Shown: positions 51,029 through 62,767 of the stretch, one piece after another | Layout: each line of letters begins with the position of its first letter | Numbering within the stretch: the stretch's first letter is position 1 | DNA from: Candidatus Binatia bacterium | Lineage (GTDB): Bacteria; Desulfobacterota; Binatia; UBA9968; CAXXLF01 | NCBI GenBank assembly: GCA_963664015.2 | Contig: CAXXLF010000002.1 | Span: 2,144,001-2,208,000, forward strand | Direction: 5' to 3' | Length of the DNA: 64,000 bases | Program-made: the position numbers and the translations under genes | Notes under the pieces: model-generated | The model's input: only the letters and a program-made list of their open reading frames with translations | The model's database searches: none | Told to the model about the DNA's origin: nothing

Positions 51029-52728
51029 TCAAACGTATGCCTTGAGCACATACTGCTCGACCATGCGGTGGGTGTTGAAGAACGATCCATTAATGGCTAA
51101 TGGCGATTGCGTTGGCATCACGTCGATAAAACTATCTCGGTCTTTATCATACATGGGAACGATCACCCCCTCCAGCTTGTCATAGAGAGAGATGGCGTCC
51201 CGTGAACGATCGTTTTTTTGGGAAGTGCGTCCGTTTTCGCCGATGGCCCATCCGGTGAAACCCTCTAGGCAGCCCTCGATCCACCACCCGTCGAGAATGC
51301 TTAGACTGGGAACCCCGTTTAAGGCGGCCTTCATGCCGCTGATACCGGAAGCCTCCATCGGAGGTTCCGGTGTGTTCAACCACAGGTCAACGCCACCCGT
51401 AATCAGCTTTCCCAGGGCGAGATCGTAGTTTTCCAGGTAAGCGATCTTAATATCTTTCTTGAGAATGTCTTGGGCCTGGACAATCTTCTGGATCATCTCT
51501 TTGCCTGCCTGATCTTGGGGGTGGGCCTTGCCAGCGTAGATCAACTGAATTTGATCGACCTTTGATGAAATCGTTTTGAGCCGTTTAAGATCGTGAAAGA
51601 GGAGGTCTCCCCGCTTGTATGCGGCTGCCCGCCGGGCAAATCCGATGGCCATCACATGGATATCCATCCCCACATTCGTTTCTCGGTTGACGTAGTGGAG
51701 TAACTGCTTTTTCGCCTCCACGTGGGCCCCGCAAACCTCTTCCCTGGGGATGTCCAGCGCATTACGGATGCTGGAATTGTCCGTCCGCCAGCTGGGGATA
51801 GTGCGGTCAAAAAGTTTACTAAACGGGTTCGTAGCCCAGGTCCCGGCGTGGATTCCGTTGGTGATGGCATCAATCGAATATCCGGAAAACATCTCCCGGG
51901 CCACCTCCCCGTTTTTCTTGGCCACTCCATTGACATAATGGCTCCAGTTGGGGGCGAGGTGGGTCATGTTGAGAAGGCGGTCGTAGCAAAAGATGTCCAT
52001 CCTTTCGGTGAAGACTTCGCGTTTGCCGAGGGCGCGTTCCACTAACTCGTTTGTAAATCGGTCGTGCCCCGCTGGTACGGGTGTGTGAGTAGTAAAAATG
52101 CATTTATCTCGTACCGCTTCGACGTCATCACGATTGATCGAATTCCTGCCTGCTTTCTTTGCCTCCTCTTCCAAAAGCTCCAATGTGAGCAGACTTGCGT
52201 GTCCCTCGTTCATGTGAAACCGTTCAATATCCTCATGGCCCAGGGCGCGAAGCATTTTTGTGCCGCCTATGCCCAGGACCGTTGCCTGGCAGAGCCGGTA
52301 GTACTGATCGCCACCGTAGAGATGATGGGTCAGCGTGCGGTCCCACTCAGTGTTTTCCGGAAGGTCCGTGTCGAGAAAGTACACAGGGATCCTGTAGCCA
52401 CCGAACCCGGTGACCTCGTACTTCCAACACCGCAATTGGATGGTTCTGCCCTCCAGGACCATTGAGGCCCTCTGGGGCAGTCCCTCCAGGTAATCTTCCA
52501 CCACCCACAACCCATGGATTCTTCATGCTGCCATCCCTTGGCGTCCAGCTTCTGATGAAAGTACCCCTTGCGATGTAGCAGTGTCACGGCAACCATGGAT
52601 ACCTTTAGATCTGCCGCGGCGCGGATCGTATCGCTGGCCAGGACACCCAGGCCGCCGCTATAGGTGGGCATTCCCGCCTCGATTGCAATCTCCATGGTAA
52701 AATACGCGACTTTTCTAGCGTTGCCCAT
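51029..52728 (-). pseudogene. glgP: alpha-glucan phosphorylase, frameshifted
   Basis: [36 protein letters not shown]; frameshift ~52512. Confidence 0.88.
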
Positions 52729-52803
52729 TTCTTCTCTTCGTGTACTTATTTAGTCGGGGGACCTAGTTTAGTTGGCCTAGTTGGAAGGTCTTTTGGGATG
52801 ACC

Positions 52804-54453
52804 CTACGTAATCACCGTTGCTCTGTCGCGGCCGCACCACTTTTTGAGCTCAAGCAAATCCACACCGGCTTTCACCAATGGGGCGAGAACTTGGCCCGCG
52901 TCTAGTTTGCCTCCGTCGTTTCGATAGCGTTCCACGTAAAGGCGCAAAATTGCCCCCTCGGTACCGGTCCCGGAAAGCCGGCACACCAAGCGCGAACCAT
53001 CCTCAAGCAGAACCCTGAGCCCCTGGTGTTGGCTCACGGAACCGTCCACGGGGTCTGTGTAGCTGAAGTCATCGGCCTGAGTGACTCGACTTCCAGCCAG
53101 GGGAGTGCCGTTCAGGATGGAAAGTCGTTCCGCCAACGCCAACATCATCTGGTTTGCCGCATGGGTGTCCAGGCCTTCATAATCATGTCTCTGATAGTAG
53201 CACCGTCCGAATTGGCGCCAGTGATCCTTCACGACCTCGCTCACCGACCTGTGGGTCTTGGCTAGGATGGAAAGCCAGCAGAGAACCGCCCAGAGTCCGT
53301 CTTTCTCGCGCACGTGGTTCGATCCAGTACCGAAGCTCTCTTCGCCGCAGATCGTACACAGTCCCGCGTCCATCAGGTTGCCGAAAAACTTCCACCCCGT
53401 CGGCGTCTCGTAGCAGGGTATGCCAAGACTTGACGCAACCTTGTCCACGGCTGTGCTTGTAGGCATTGAGCGAGCCACTCCGGTAAGTCCGCCCCCATAG
53501 CCGGGAATACAGTCTCGAGCATACTGGGTAATGATCGCTAACGAATCCCCCGGGGTGACGAAGCAGCTCTTCCCAAGGACCATGTTCCGATCTCCATCCC
53601 CGTCACAGGCGGCGCCAAAGTCAGGCGCATCGCGACTATCCATACGGTTTACCAGCTTGCTTGCGTGAACTTGATTGGGGTCTGGATGGATGCCGCCAAA
53701 ATCCTCCAACGGAGTGCCATTAACCACGCTCCCGGCTTGGGCCCCGAGGAGTCCCTCAAAAATATGGTGTGCATAGGGACCCGTTACCGCGTTCATGGCA
53801 TCAAAGAGCAGACGAAAGCCGTTCTTGAACATTGTCCGTAAGGCCTCGATATCGAAAAGCTCCTCCATTAGTTTTACGTAATCGGAAACGGGATTGAAGA
53901 CAACAACCCTTGTCTTATTTACAATCGTAACGCTTTCTCGATTGAGGTCGAGGTCCAGAGGGTCGGTGATTCGATATCGGTTGATACGCGAGCTACGACG
54001 AAAGATCGACTCGGTGACACCTTCGGGTGCCGGACCCCCATTCCGAATATTGTATTTGATCCCGAAGTCGGCCTCCAGACCGCCCGGGTTATGACTGGCC
54101 GAAAGGACTAGCCCTCCCAGCGCGCCATGGCGTCTGATCACAGCGGACATGGCAGGTGTCGAAAGGAGGCCACCGCTGGCAACCCATACCTGACCGAACC
54201 CGTTGGCTACGGCCATCCTGAGTATCGTCTCGATGGCCGTCCGGTTATAGTAGCGGCCGTCACCGCCCACGACCAATATCTCCTTGGCGAATTCCACTTC
54301 TTCTTCGTGTACGGCGTCAAAGACCGACTGGGTAAAGTTCTCAATATAATGGGGTTGCACAAATACGCAGGTCTTTTTGCGTAGGCCGGAAGTACCCGGT
54401 TTCTGGTCGGCAAACGGTTGGGTAGCAATATCCTGGATGTTCAGATCGCTCAT
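52804..54453 (-). CDS. pgm: phosphoglucomutase
   Basis: DQKPGTSGLRKK, SASHNPGG, DGDGDR, GEESFG. Confidence 0.96.
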   Translation of the reverse strand: MSDLNIQDIATQPFADQKPGTSGLRKKTCVFVQPHYIENFTQSVFDAVHEEEVEFAKEILVVGGDGRYYNRTAIETILRMAVANGFGQVWVASGGLLSTPAMSAVIRRHGALGGLVLSASHNPGGLEADFGIKYNIRNGGPAPEGVTESIFRRSSRINRYRITDPLDLDLNRESVTIVNKTRVVVFNPVSDYVKLMEELFDIEALRTMFKNGFRLLFDAMNAVTGPYAHHIFEGLLGAQAGSVVNGTPLEDFGGIHPDPNQVHASKLVNRMDSRDAPDFGAACDGDGDRNMVLGKSCFVTPGDSLAIITQYARDCIPGYGGGLTGVARSMPTSTAVDKVASSLGIPCYETPTGWKFFGNLMDAGLCTICGEESFGTGSNHVREKDGLWAVLCWLSILAKTHRSVSEVVKDHWRQFGRCYYQRHDYEGLDTHAANQMMLALAERLSILNGTPLAGSRVTQADDFSYTDPVDGSVSQHQGLRVLLEDGSRLVCRLSGTGTEGAILRLYVERYRNDGGKLDAGQVLAPLVKAGVDLLELKKWCGRDRATVIT

Positions 54454-54787
54454 GTGTTTTATCGAACTATTATAAGGGATCATACTTGGGGAAGCGAGCC
54501 GAATCCGAATTCGATCGGGTTGATCCGGTTCCTTATTCCTTTTCTGTCTTTGTGGAATCGTTACCCATGGTGCGGCCGGGCATTGACCTCACGACTGAGA
54601 AGGTATTGACTGGGTGGGTTCGATACCCGGTTCCGTCACTGCGTATACAATGTAGTGAATTCGCGATAAACTGATTTATCCTAAAGAATATAACGAAGGG
54701 ACCTCGGTGGCGGTCCGAAAACTTGCGGTCGGAACGCCCTGCGGTCTCTGCTTTGTGACGGGGTTGGTCACGGTTAGAGAGGAGTTC

Positions 54788-56860
54788 ATGATGGTTACCG
54801 GACAAACCAATATAAACCACCTATGTATTAATACGATCCGGACTCTGAGCATGGATGCGGTCCAGGCCGCCAATTCGGGCCACCCGGGGACACCTATGGC
54901 CCTCGCGCCGGTGGCCTATTGTCTATGGCAACGTTTCCTGCGCTTCGATCCCGAAGATCCGATCTGGCCCAATCGCGATCGATTTGTCCTGTCTGTAGGC
55001 CACGCCTCGATGCTACTCTATTCCATGCTCCATCTGACGGGAGTCCGGGCGGTCAACAATAAGTATGAGCCCCTCGATGAGTTGTCCGTGCCTTTGGATG
55101 CCATCAAGAACTTTCGTCAATTGGATAGCCGCTGCCCAGGACATCCCGAGTATCGCTGGACCTCCGGCGTCGAGACCACTACGGGCCCTCTTGGGCAAGG
55201 CGTGGCCAACAGCGTTGGGATGGCAATGGCTGGCCGTTGGATGTCGGCCAACTTTAATCGTTCCGGCTTCGAAGATCTCTTCGGTTTTAACGTTTACGCC
55301 CTCGGCGGAGACGGCTGCATGATGGAAGGCGTTTCCAGCGAGGCCGCCTCTCTGGCAGGGCACTTGAAGCTCGCTAACCTCTGCTGGATCTACGACAGCA
55401 ACCGGATCACCATTGAAGGCAAGACCTCTCTTGCTTTCAGTGACGATGTAGCCGCACGCTTCGTTGCTTACGGGTGGAATGTGGCGCGTGTGGACGACGC
55501 CAACGATCTCGAGATGCTCGAAGGCGCATTTCAAACGTTCCTCAAGACCGCTGACCGACCCACGTTGATCATCGTCGATAGCCACATTGGCTACGGTGCA
55601 CCCAATAAGCAGGACACCCATGGGGTCCATGGGGAACCCCTAGGGGAGGAGGAGATCCGGCTAACGAAAAAGAATTACGGATGGCCGGAGAATAGCCAGT
55701 TTCTTGTGCCGGACGGTGTCTACAATCATTTCAAAGAAGGAATCGGCGCTCGGGGCCGAGCGCTCAGGGATGCCTGGTTTGAACGGATGAACGATTATAA
55801 GGTCAGGTATCCGGATCTCGCCGACGCCCTCTTCAAAATGCAACACCGCCAGTTGCCTGACGGTTGGGACAAGGATCTCCCCACCTTTGCAGCCGATCCA
55901 AAGGGCGTGGCAACCCGGGAGTCTTCCGGGAAAGTTCTCAATTCGGTGGCCAGCAATATCCCCTGGCTAATGGGCGGTTCCGCAGATCTTACCCCCTCTA
56001 CGAAGACACGGTTGACCTTTGATGGTGCTGGCGATTTTGAGGCTGGGAACTATAAAGGGCGCAATCTGCACTTCGGTGTCCGAGAACATGCGATGGCTTC
56101 CATCCTGAACGGGATGGCGCTCGTGAAGGTGCGTCCATTCGGTTCAGGTTTCCTGATCTTCAGCGATTATGCCCGTCCAGCCATTCGGCTAGGTGCCATG
56201 ATGGAGATCCCTACGATCCATATCTTTACTCACGACTCCATTGGGGTGGGAGAGGACGGCCCGACCCACCAACCGGTTGAGCACCTGGCCTCGCTCAGGG
56301 CTATCCCTGGTCTGGTCGTACTTCGCCCTGCCGACGCCAACGAAGTAGTAGAGGCATGGAAAGTGATCATGAATCTGCAACATCGGCCGGCGACCTTGGT
56401 GCTCACTCGCCAGGCGGTCCCCACATTGGATCGAACGAAGTACGCCCCGGCGTCGGGACTGGCCCGGGGAGGGTATGTCTTGGCGGACGCGGAGGACGGA
56501 AATCCGGAAGTCCTGTTGCTTGGAACGGGCAGCGAAGTCTCGTTGTGTGTGGAAGCCTATGAGCAACTCAAGGGGGAAGGGGTCCAGGGGAGGGTTGTGA
56601 GTATGCCCTCCTGGGAACTGTTCGAGGATCAGGAGGAAAGTTACCGTGACAGCGTGCTGCCGTCAAAGGTGAGGGCAAGGGTTTCGGTGGAACAGGCATC
56701 GACCTTCGGATGGGCTTGCTATACGGGAGACCACGGCCACCGGCTCGGGATGGGGTCTTTCGGAGCTTCAGCTCCGCTCAAAGATTTGCTAAAAAAGTTT
56801 GGTTTCACCGCTGAGGGTGTGGTGGCGGCTGCAAAGGCCGAGCTGGCGAGGGTGAAATAA
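54788..56860 (+). CDS. tkt: transketolase
   Basis: SGHPG, TGPLGQG, GDGCMMEG, GEDGPTHQP; RBS GAGGAG. Confidence 0.97.
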   Translation: MMVTGQTNINHLCINTIRTLSMDAVQAANSGHPGTPMALAPVAYCLWQRFLRFDPEDPIWPNRDRFVLSVGHASMLLYSMLHLTGVRAVNNKYEPLDELSVPLDAIKNFRQLDSRCPGHPEYRWTSGVETTTGPLGQGVANSVGMAMAGRWMSANFNRSGFEDLFGFNVYALGGDGCMMEGVSSEAASLAGHLKLANLCWIYDSNRITIEGKTSLAFSDDVAARFVAYGWNVARVDDANDLEMLEGAFQTFLKTADRPTLIIVDSHIGYGAPNKQDTHGVHGEPLGEEEIRLTKKNYGWPENSQFLVPDGVYNHFKEGIGARGRALRDAWFERMNDYKVRYPDLADALFKMQHRQLPDGWDKDLPTFAADPKGVATRESSGKVLNSVASNIPWLMGGSADLTPSTKTRLTFDGAGDFEAGNYKGRNLHFGVREHAMASILNGMALVKVRPFGSGFLIFSDYARPAIRLGAMMEIPTIHIFTHDSIGVGEDGPTHQPVEHLASLRAIPGLVVLRPADANEVVEAWKVIMNLQHRPATLVLTRQAVPTLDRTKYAPASGLARGGYVLADAEDGNPEVLLLGTGSEVSLCVEAYEQLKGEGVQGRVVSMPSWELFEDQEESYRDSVLPSKVRARVSVEQASTFGWACYTGDHGHRLGMGSFGASAPLKDLLKKFGFTAEGVVAAAKAELARVK

Positions 56861-56863
56861 GGT

Positions 56864-57331
56864 ATGAAAGTCGCAATCGGTAGTGATCATGCTGGATTTG
56901 CATTGAAGGAGAAGTTGGATGTTCTGCTGCAGGGGGTGTTGGGACATGAGGTGGTCGATGTGGGCACTTATAACGGCGAACCAGTTGATTATCCCGATTA
57001 TGCGAAGGCGGTTGGCGAGGCCGTGCTGGAGGGTAAAGCGGAGCGAGGAGTGCTCATCTGCGGCAGTGGAGTGGGGGCATCGGTGGCGGCCAACAAACTC
57101 CCAGGCATCCGGGCCGGTCTCTGTCATGACTCCTATTCAGCGCGCCAGGGTGTGGAACACGATGATATGAACGTCCTCGTGATGGGGGCCCGGGTTATTG
57201 GCGAAGCCTTGGCCAGAGAGCTTCTCCAGGCGTTTCTGGGTGCAAAATTTACCGGAGAAGAGCGGCACCGCCGGCGCCTCGAAAAGGTTATTGAAATGGA
57301 GCAAGGATTGGGCGTAAAGAAACGACCGTAA
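56864..57331 (+). CDS. rpiB: ribose-5-phosphate isomerase B
   Basis: GSDHAG, DYPD, CGSG.G, ANK, RHRRR. Confidence 0.96.
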   Translation: MKVAIGSDHAGFALKEKLDVLLQGVLGHEVVDVGTYNGEPVDYPDYAKAVGEAVLEGKAERGVLICGSGVGASVAANKLPGIRAGLCHDSYSARQGVEHDDMNVLVMGARVIGEALARELLQAFLGAKFTGEERHRRRLEKVIEMEQGLGVKKRP

Positions 57332-57428
57332 AAACGGGGAGGATTCCCTGATCGTAGAAATGACACTTTAGGTCGATTGGGCAAAAGTTAAATTAGAAGT
57401 TGCGCGTAAACGGTAAGGAGGAAGAGTA

Positions 57429-58352
57429 ATGACTGAGCGAGTAAAAGAGATTTTGAGCTGGTACGGCAGCGACAACCCGGGGACCCTAACTAACCTGGCC
57501 CGAATCCTCAACCATGGTACTTTGGGAGGGACCGGCAAGTTTGTGATCCTCCCGGTGGATCAGGGTTTCGAGCATGGTCCGGCACGCAGCTTCGCTCCTA
57601 ACCCGCCGGCTTACGATCCGCGCTACCACATTGAACTCGCCTTGGAAGCGGGCTGCAACGCCTACGCGGCTCCCCTGGGATTTCTGGAGGCGGCAGCAAG
57701 GGAGTTTGCCGGAGATATTCCATTGATCTTGAAGGTCAACAACCATGACTCATTAAACGATGAAAAAGACCCCCAGCAGGCCTTGACCAGCGGCGTCGCC
57801 GACGCCCTCCGGTTGGGATGTTGTGCCGTCGGGTACACGATCTACCCGGGGTCGGCCCATCGCTTTGATATGTATCAAACACTGCGCGCCTATGCGGAAG
57901 AGGCCAAGCGGAACGGCCTGTCTGTGGTCGTCTGGTCTTATCCACGGGGTTCCGGCCTGAGCAAGGAAGGTGAGACCGCTATTGACGTGACGGGCTATGC
58001 GGCGCAGATAGCTGCCCAACTGGGGGCCCATATCGTCAAGGTCAAACTCCCCAGCGGCCATCTCGAGCAGGACGCGGCGCGCAAGGTGTATGAAAAAGAA
58101 AAGGTCGCCATCGGGACGGCGGCGGAAAGGGTGCGTCACGTGGTGCAGTGTGCCTTCAACGGGAGGCGTATCGTAATCTTTTCCGGTGGGCCGGCGGACA
58201 CAGACGAAAAAGTTCTAGACGAGATTCGTGCTATCCACCAGGGCGGCGGCTTCGGTTCCATTATCGGGCGTAATTCCTTCCAGCGGAAAAAGGCCGACGC
58301 CCTTCGACTGCTGGGGACCGTCATGAACATCTATGCGGGGAAGGCGGGTTAA
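57429..58352 (+). CDS. fbaB: class I (DhnA-type) fructose-bisphosphate aldolase
   Basis: LPVDQGFEHGP, WSYPRG, AHIVKVK, FSGG, IIGRN. Confidence 0.93.
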   Translation: MTERVKEILSWYGSDNPGTLTNLARILNHGTLGGTGKFVILPVDQGFEHGPARSFAPNPPAYDPRYHIELALEAGCNAYAAPLGFLEAAAREFAGDIPLILKVNNHDSLNDEKDPQQALTSGVADALRLGCCAVGYTIYPGSAHRFDMYQTLRAYAEEAKRNGLSVVVWSYPRGSGLSKEGETAIDVTGYAAQIAAQLGAHIVKVKLPSGHLEQDAARKVYEKEKVAIGTAAERVRHVVQCAFNGRRIVIFSGGPADTDEKVLDEIRAIHQGGGFGSIIGRNSFQRKKADALRLLGTVMNIYAGKAG

Positions 58353-58464
58353 CCAGCTGATCGAAATTGGTGAAAAGTCGCCGCGTTACCATCTTACTTA
58401 CAGAAAAAATTTCGTATTACCATCCCAGTTTTTTGTGGATCATAATGGGAAAGTGAGTACGTGT

Positions 58465-59338
58465 GTGCCTGACAATGGTCGAATTCGCGTCATAATTGAA
58501 GGTGTCAAGCCGGAAATTGACGGTGGACGCTTCCTCTGCAAACGCGTGGTCGGGGAGCAGGTCGTCGTGGAGGCGGATATCTTTGCAGACGGTCATGACA
58601 GCGTGGCAGCGGTGCTTCTGTATCGAAAGGAAGACGAGGGGGACTGGACCGAAGTGCCCATGAGGCCTGTCATTAACGACCGGTACCGGGCGTATTTTAC
58701 TGTAGCTGAAATGGGTCGATACCGCTATACACTCCAGGCCTGGGTGGATAGGTTCAATTCGTGGCGTCATGGCTTTGAGAAGAAGGTCGAGGCGAAACAT
58801 GACGTATCCGTGGATCTCCTGGCCGGGGCGGGGATTGTGGGAAAGGCAAGCGAACGGGCCACGGGGAGTGACAAGAAAGCCCTTGCAGTCTATGGGAACG
58901 CATTGGGCTCAAAGGCCAAGGATCGGGTGGAGCAGGCACTGAGCGAAGAGCTGGGGCATCTCATGGGTGAGTATCAGGACAGAAAATGGGCTGCCACCTA
59001 CGAAAGAGAACTCACAGTGATGGTAGAGCGCGAGAGGGCGCGCTTTAGCACCTGGTACGAGCTTCTCCCGCGCTCCCAAGGCGAATCAACACGGCACCTT
59101 TAAAGACTGCGAACGCTGGCTCTCATTCGTGGCGAGCATGGGCTTCGATGTCCTTTATTTTCCTCCCATCCATCCCATCGGGGAAACCTCTCGCAAGGGG
59201 AAGAACAATTTCCTGGATCCCGGTCCCGACGACGTCGGTAGTCCATAGGCCATCGGTTCTGATGAGGGGGGCCATAAGGCTATCCATCCCCAGTTGGGGA
59301 CCTTAGCGGATAGTCCAGAAATCCCTTCAATTCCGTGA
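58465..59338 (+). pseudogene. glgE: maltosyltransferase GlgE, N-terminal part only
   Basis: PEIDGGRF, FADGHD, STWYE..PRS; frameshift ~59085; PPIHPIG..RKGKNN..GSP*AIG (TAG 59246); truncated. Confidence 0.88.
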
Positions 59339-59463
59339 TCTCCTCGCGGCTGATGCTGTGGATCCAGGCTCAAAGAGGAAGCAGGCCGCATCTATCTATT
59401 TGCTGATGGTGATAGGAATGCCAACACCGCTGACGTCCGTTACCGTGGTTTGAAAGAGCGTGT

Positions 59464-60587
59464 TTAAACGAATAAAGCTTCTGCGGTCCGACTCGCTATC
59501 GCCCATCGAATAATAACGCCCAACAAAGTTGACCCACGGCTTGTCGTCGCTGGGGGGGGTGAGTCGGTTACCTGAATAGCTAGGCTGTGGATCGGATTCC
59601 CACGTAACTCGCCGGTTCGGGGATCTTGGGCGACGTCGAATTCAGGGCTTTTGCGGATGGCAGAGGCGACAAACTCAAGCAACACCGCAAAACTCTGTAG
59701 CTTGATGCCGCCGACGATGGGCCAGTCGCCGCCTGGATGACCGGGCCGGATATCCAAGAGAACAAAGTTTGAGGGGCTACTGCCTGCTAGATAGTTAAGG
59801 GCCCGGCGTTCAGTGTCCCCTAGCGTGTTCGGATCGTAATTCGTCACGGTAACCCGACCGGCGGTCTTCCTTGTCAATAGATGGCGGCCGTCGGCTGTCT
59901 GTCGCCATTTGAGGTTTCTGTCGATTGCTGTCACGATATCGCTCACCGTGGGTGGTTGGTCTTTAGGTCTTGTTATCAGGTTCTCCTCGAACACGAGGGT
60001 TCCGACAAACAGCTTGCGATTGTCATTGAGCCAGCGCAGGTGCATGACGATCCGACGAAACTCTTCATGCTCCTCCCGAACCGACGCCTCGTTGAGAATG
60101 AAGCGGTTAAAGGTGCCATCTACGTCCTGAAATTCAATTCCGCGCGCGGCAAGCCGCAGCACTCGATCAATGGTGGTTCCCTGAAAAACCACAAACTCAA
60201 AAGCCTCGTCCTGAATCGGGGTTAGAAATCGTTCGGTGAACTCGCGGCCCGTTACGGGCACGATGCTAAACGTGGGGTTCTCGGAGGCACTTGTGCCTAG
60301 GGTTATGTCAAATATGTTACGGCCACGGGGCCGGAATCAAATCGTCCCAGCATCCCGCCCGTTGCTGTCCAGTGAAAGGTGGCCGCCACACTCGAAGCGA
60401 CCGTGAAATGGGGAGGGAGTTCGGCTTCCAGCCGGGCGATGTTGAGTAAAAGTATTTCACTCTCCAGCCGGCTAATGGTTTGGTCATAGCCAAGGACAGC
60501 CCGATGCAAGGCCAGCGGTCCTGCGCAAGCGCCTAGCATGAGGAACACGCTTAGACAACCGAAGAGCAATAATCGTATAGTAGTCAA
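59464..60587 (-). pseudogene. uncharacterised lipoprotein, split
   Basis: Lipobox LGAC; YD..E.LLLNIAR; break at ~60303, then ENPTFSIVP..G.EFTERFLTP. Confidence 0.6.
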
Positions 60588-60877
60588 ACTTGAAATGGAA
60601 TTGAAATGATGCGAAGACCTGTCCGAATGCTGTAAAATGAGCTAACATAGTTCAACTCGCAGTTAAATGGAAAAAGTGTTACAGGGATCTTCTCGCGCAA
60701 ATTTTAGTATCGATCGAGGTCGGGTGGCCGTTGGTGTAACCCGATGATCTTCAACCAATGTGTTTGAGTGAATGAAGTTGACGACTAACGTAACCATGAA
60801 GGCTGAATCTAGGTCAGATGCTGTCAACAGCCCTTTCTATGAGTTACAAGCTTAAGCAGTGCAATGACAGATAGCTC

Positions 60878-62708
60878 ATGATGTTTCTCCCACCGCCAGA
60901 TGCCCATGCCGCTGCGGTCTTGATTTTGGTCTTAGCGGCGTTGATTCTATTCACGCGGGACCGTATCCCGATCGAATCCTCGAGCCTGTGCGTCCTTGCG
61001 GTGCTGACCGTTGGCTTTGAGCTGTTTCCATACCAGGGGCCCGACGGCACACTCCATGCGGTTGATTTTTTTACCGGATTTGGTCATGAAGCGCTCGTTG
61101 CTGTCTGCGCTCTCATGATGGTTGGCCAAGGACTTGTCCGCACCGGCGCCCTTGAGCCCGTTGGGCGGATGTTGACACGCCTGCGGAAGTTTAGCCCCGC
61201 ATTATCGTTGTTCCTGACGCTTGTGGTCGGGGCCCTCCTCAGCGCGTTCGTTAACAATACGCCGGTCGTCGTGTTAATGCTCCCCATCCTTGTGAGTGTT
61301 TCTCTTCGCACTGGGACCTCACCATCAGCGAGTTTGATGCCCATGGGGCTGGCGACCCTTGTGGGCGGCATGTCCACTACCATCGGTACCTCGACCAACC
61401 TGCTCGTGGTCAGTGTGGCAGCGGATATGGGATTGCGTCGATTGCAGATGTTCGATTTCTTCTTCCCGGTGCTCGTTGCCGGGGGGGTGGGCATCGTCTA
61501 TCTATGGCTGGTCGCCCCTCGGTTGCTACCCAAGCGCGAGACCCAACTGCACGACACCTCGCCACATATCTTTACGGCCCAGCTAGTGGTTCAAGAGGGT
61601 GGCTTTGCCGTGGGAAAAATGCTGTCCGAATGCAGGGAAAAGACCGGCGGCGCACTGCAGGTCGTTCACATCCAACGTCAAGCTAAGACGCAGATTGTTC
61701 CGCTTCCCGATGTCACCCTGGAAGCAGGCGATCGGTTGCTCGTTAAAGACACACCGGGGAATCTTAAAGAGTTTGAACAGTTATTGGGGGCGGCGCTCTA
61801 TGCCGGTGACGTGCCTGTCGACGAGGAACATCCACTGACGGCAAAGGATCAGCAACTCGCCGAGGTTGTGGTCGTGGAGGGCTCCCCCCTGGAAGGCCTT
61901 ACCCTCAACACAGCGCGGTTGATCGACCGCTATCAGCTAGTGACCCTCGCGTTGCAACGGCCCGGTAGAGCCGTTGTGACCCGGCGCACGGACTTGCGCG
62001 ACGTGTCGCTGCGCCCCTGGGGATATCCTATTGGTTCAGGGCCCCCGTGATAGTATCGCCGAACTCAAGCGCCTCAATGAATTGCTCGTGCTCGACGCCA
62101 CTACCGACCTGCCTCATACGATTAAGGCGCCGCTGGCATTGAGCATTATGGCGGGGGTTATACTCCTCGCCGCCCTGGGGGTCATGCCCATCCCTATCAG
62201 CGCGTCCCTCGGTGTATTAGTGATGATTCTAACCGGTTGCCTCAACTGGCGCGATGCCACCCGTGCCTTGAGCACACCGGTGATTATGATCGTGGTTGCC
62301 AGTCTCGCACTAGGCACGGCACTGCTGCGCACCGGTGGGGCCGAGTATCTGGCACAAGTTTTTGTTGCGCTCGTAGCGGGGCTCCCCCCGGCCGGGGTTC
62401 TCAGCGGGTTGATGCTGTTAATGGCCCTATTGACCAACATCGTTTCGAACAACGCCGCCGCCGTCATCGGTACGCCCATCGCCATCAGTATGGCGAAACC
62501 ACTCAACCTTCCTCCGGAAGCTTTTGTGTTGGCCGTGATTTTCGGCGCCAATATGAGCTACGCGACGCCAATTGCCTACAAAACCAACCTGCTGGTGATG
62601 AGTGCCGGAAACTATACCTTCACTGATTTCATGCGTGTCGGAGTGCCGCTGACGGTGATTATGTGGTTGGTGTTTTCTTGGTTGCTGCCGGTTCTCTATG
62701 GGATATGA
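60878..62708 (+). pseudogene. SLC13/CitMHS permease with TrkA-C domains, frameshifted
   Basis: SAFVNNTP, IGTSTNL, SNNAAA, TPIAYKTN; extra C in the run 62014-62017. Confidence 0.85.
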
Positions 62709-62767
62709 GAAATGGGGGGTGTTTGAATTCTGTACGAGAATCGGAGCAAAAGAACGGTCCCATAAAC

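Noticed and set aside
6636-59248. Stop-codon reassignment, selenocysteine or pyrrolysine as an explanation of the in-frame stops
   Set aside because: All three stop types occur internally, mostly at expected Trp/Gln/Glu positions; TAG and TGA also end intact genes; RF1 is present; frameshifts co-occur in the same genes.
38815-62017. Programmed frameshifting or phase variation at homopolymers (TVP38, CNNM, htpX, SLC13)
   Set aside because: The runs are only 4-6 nt with no evident stimulatory structure, and htpX and CNNM carry additional lesions; decay or sequencing error is simpler.
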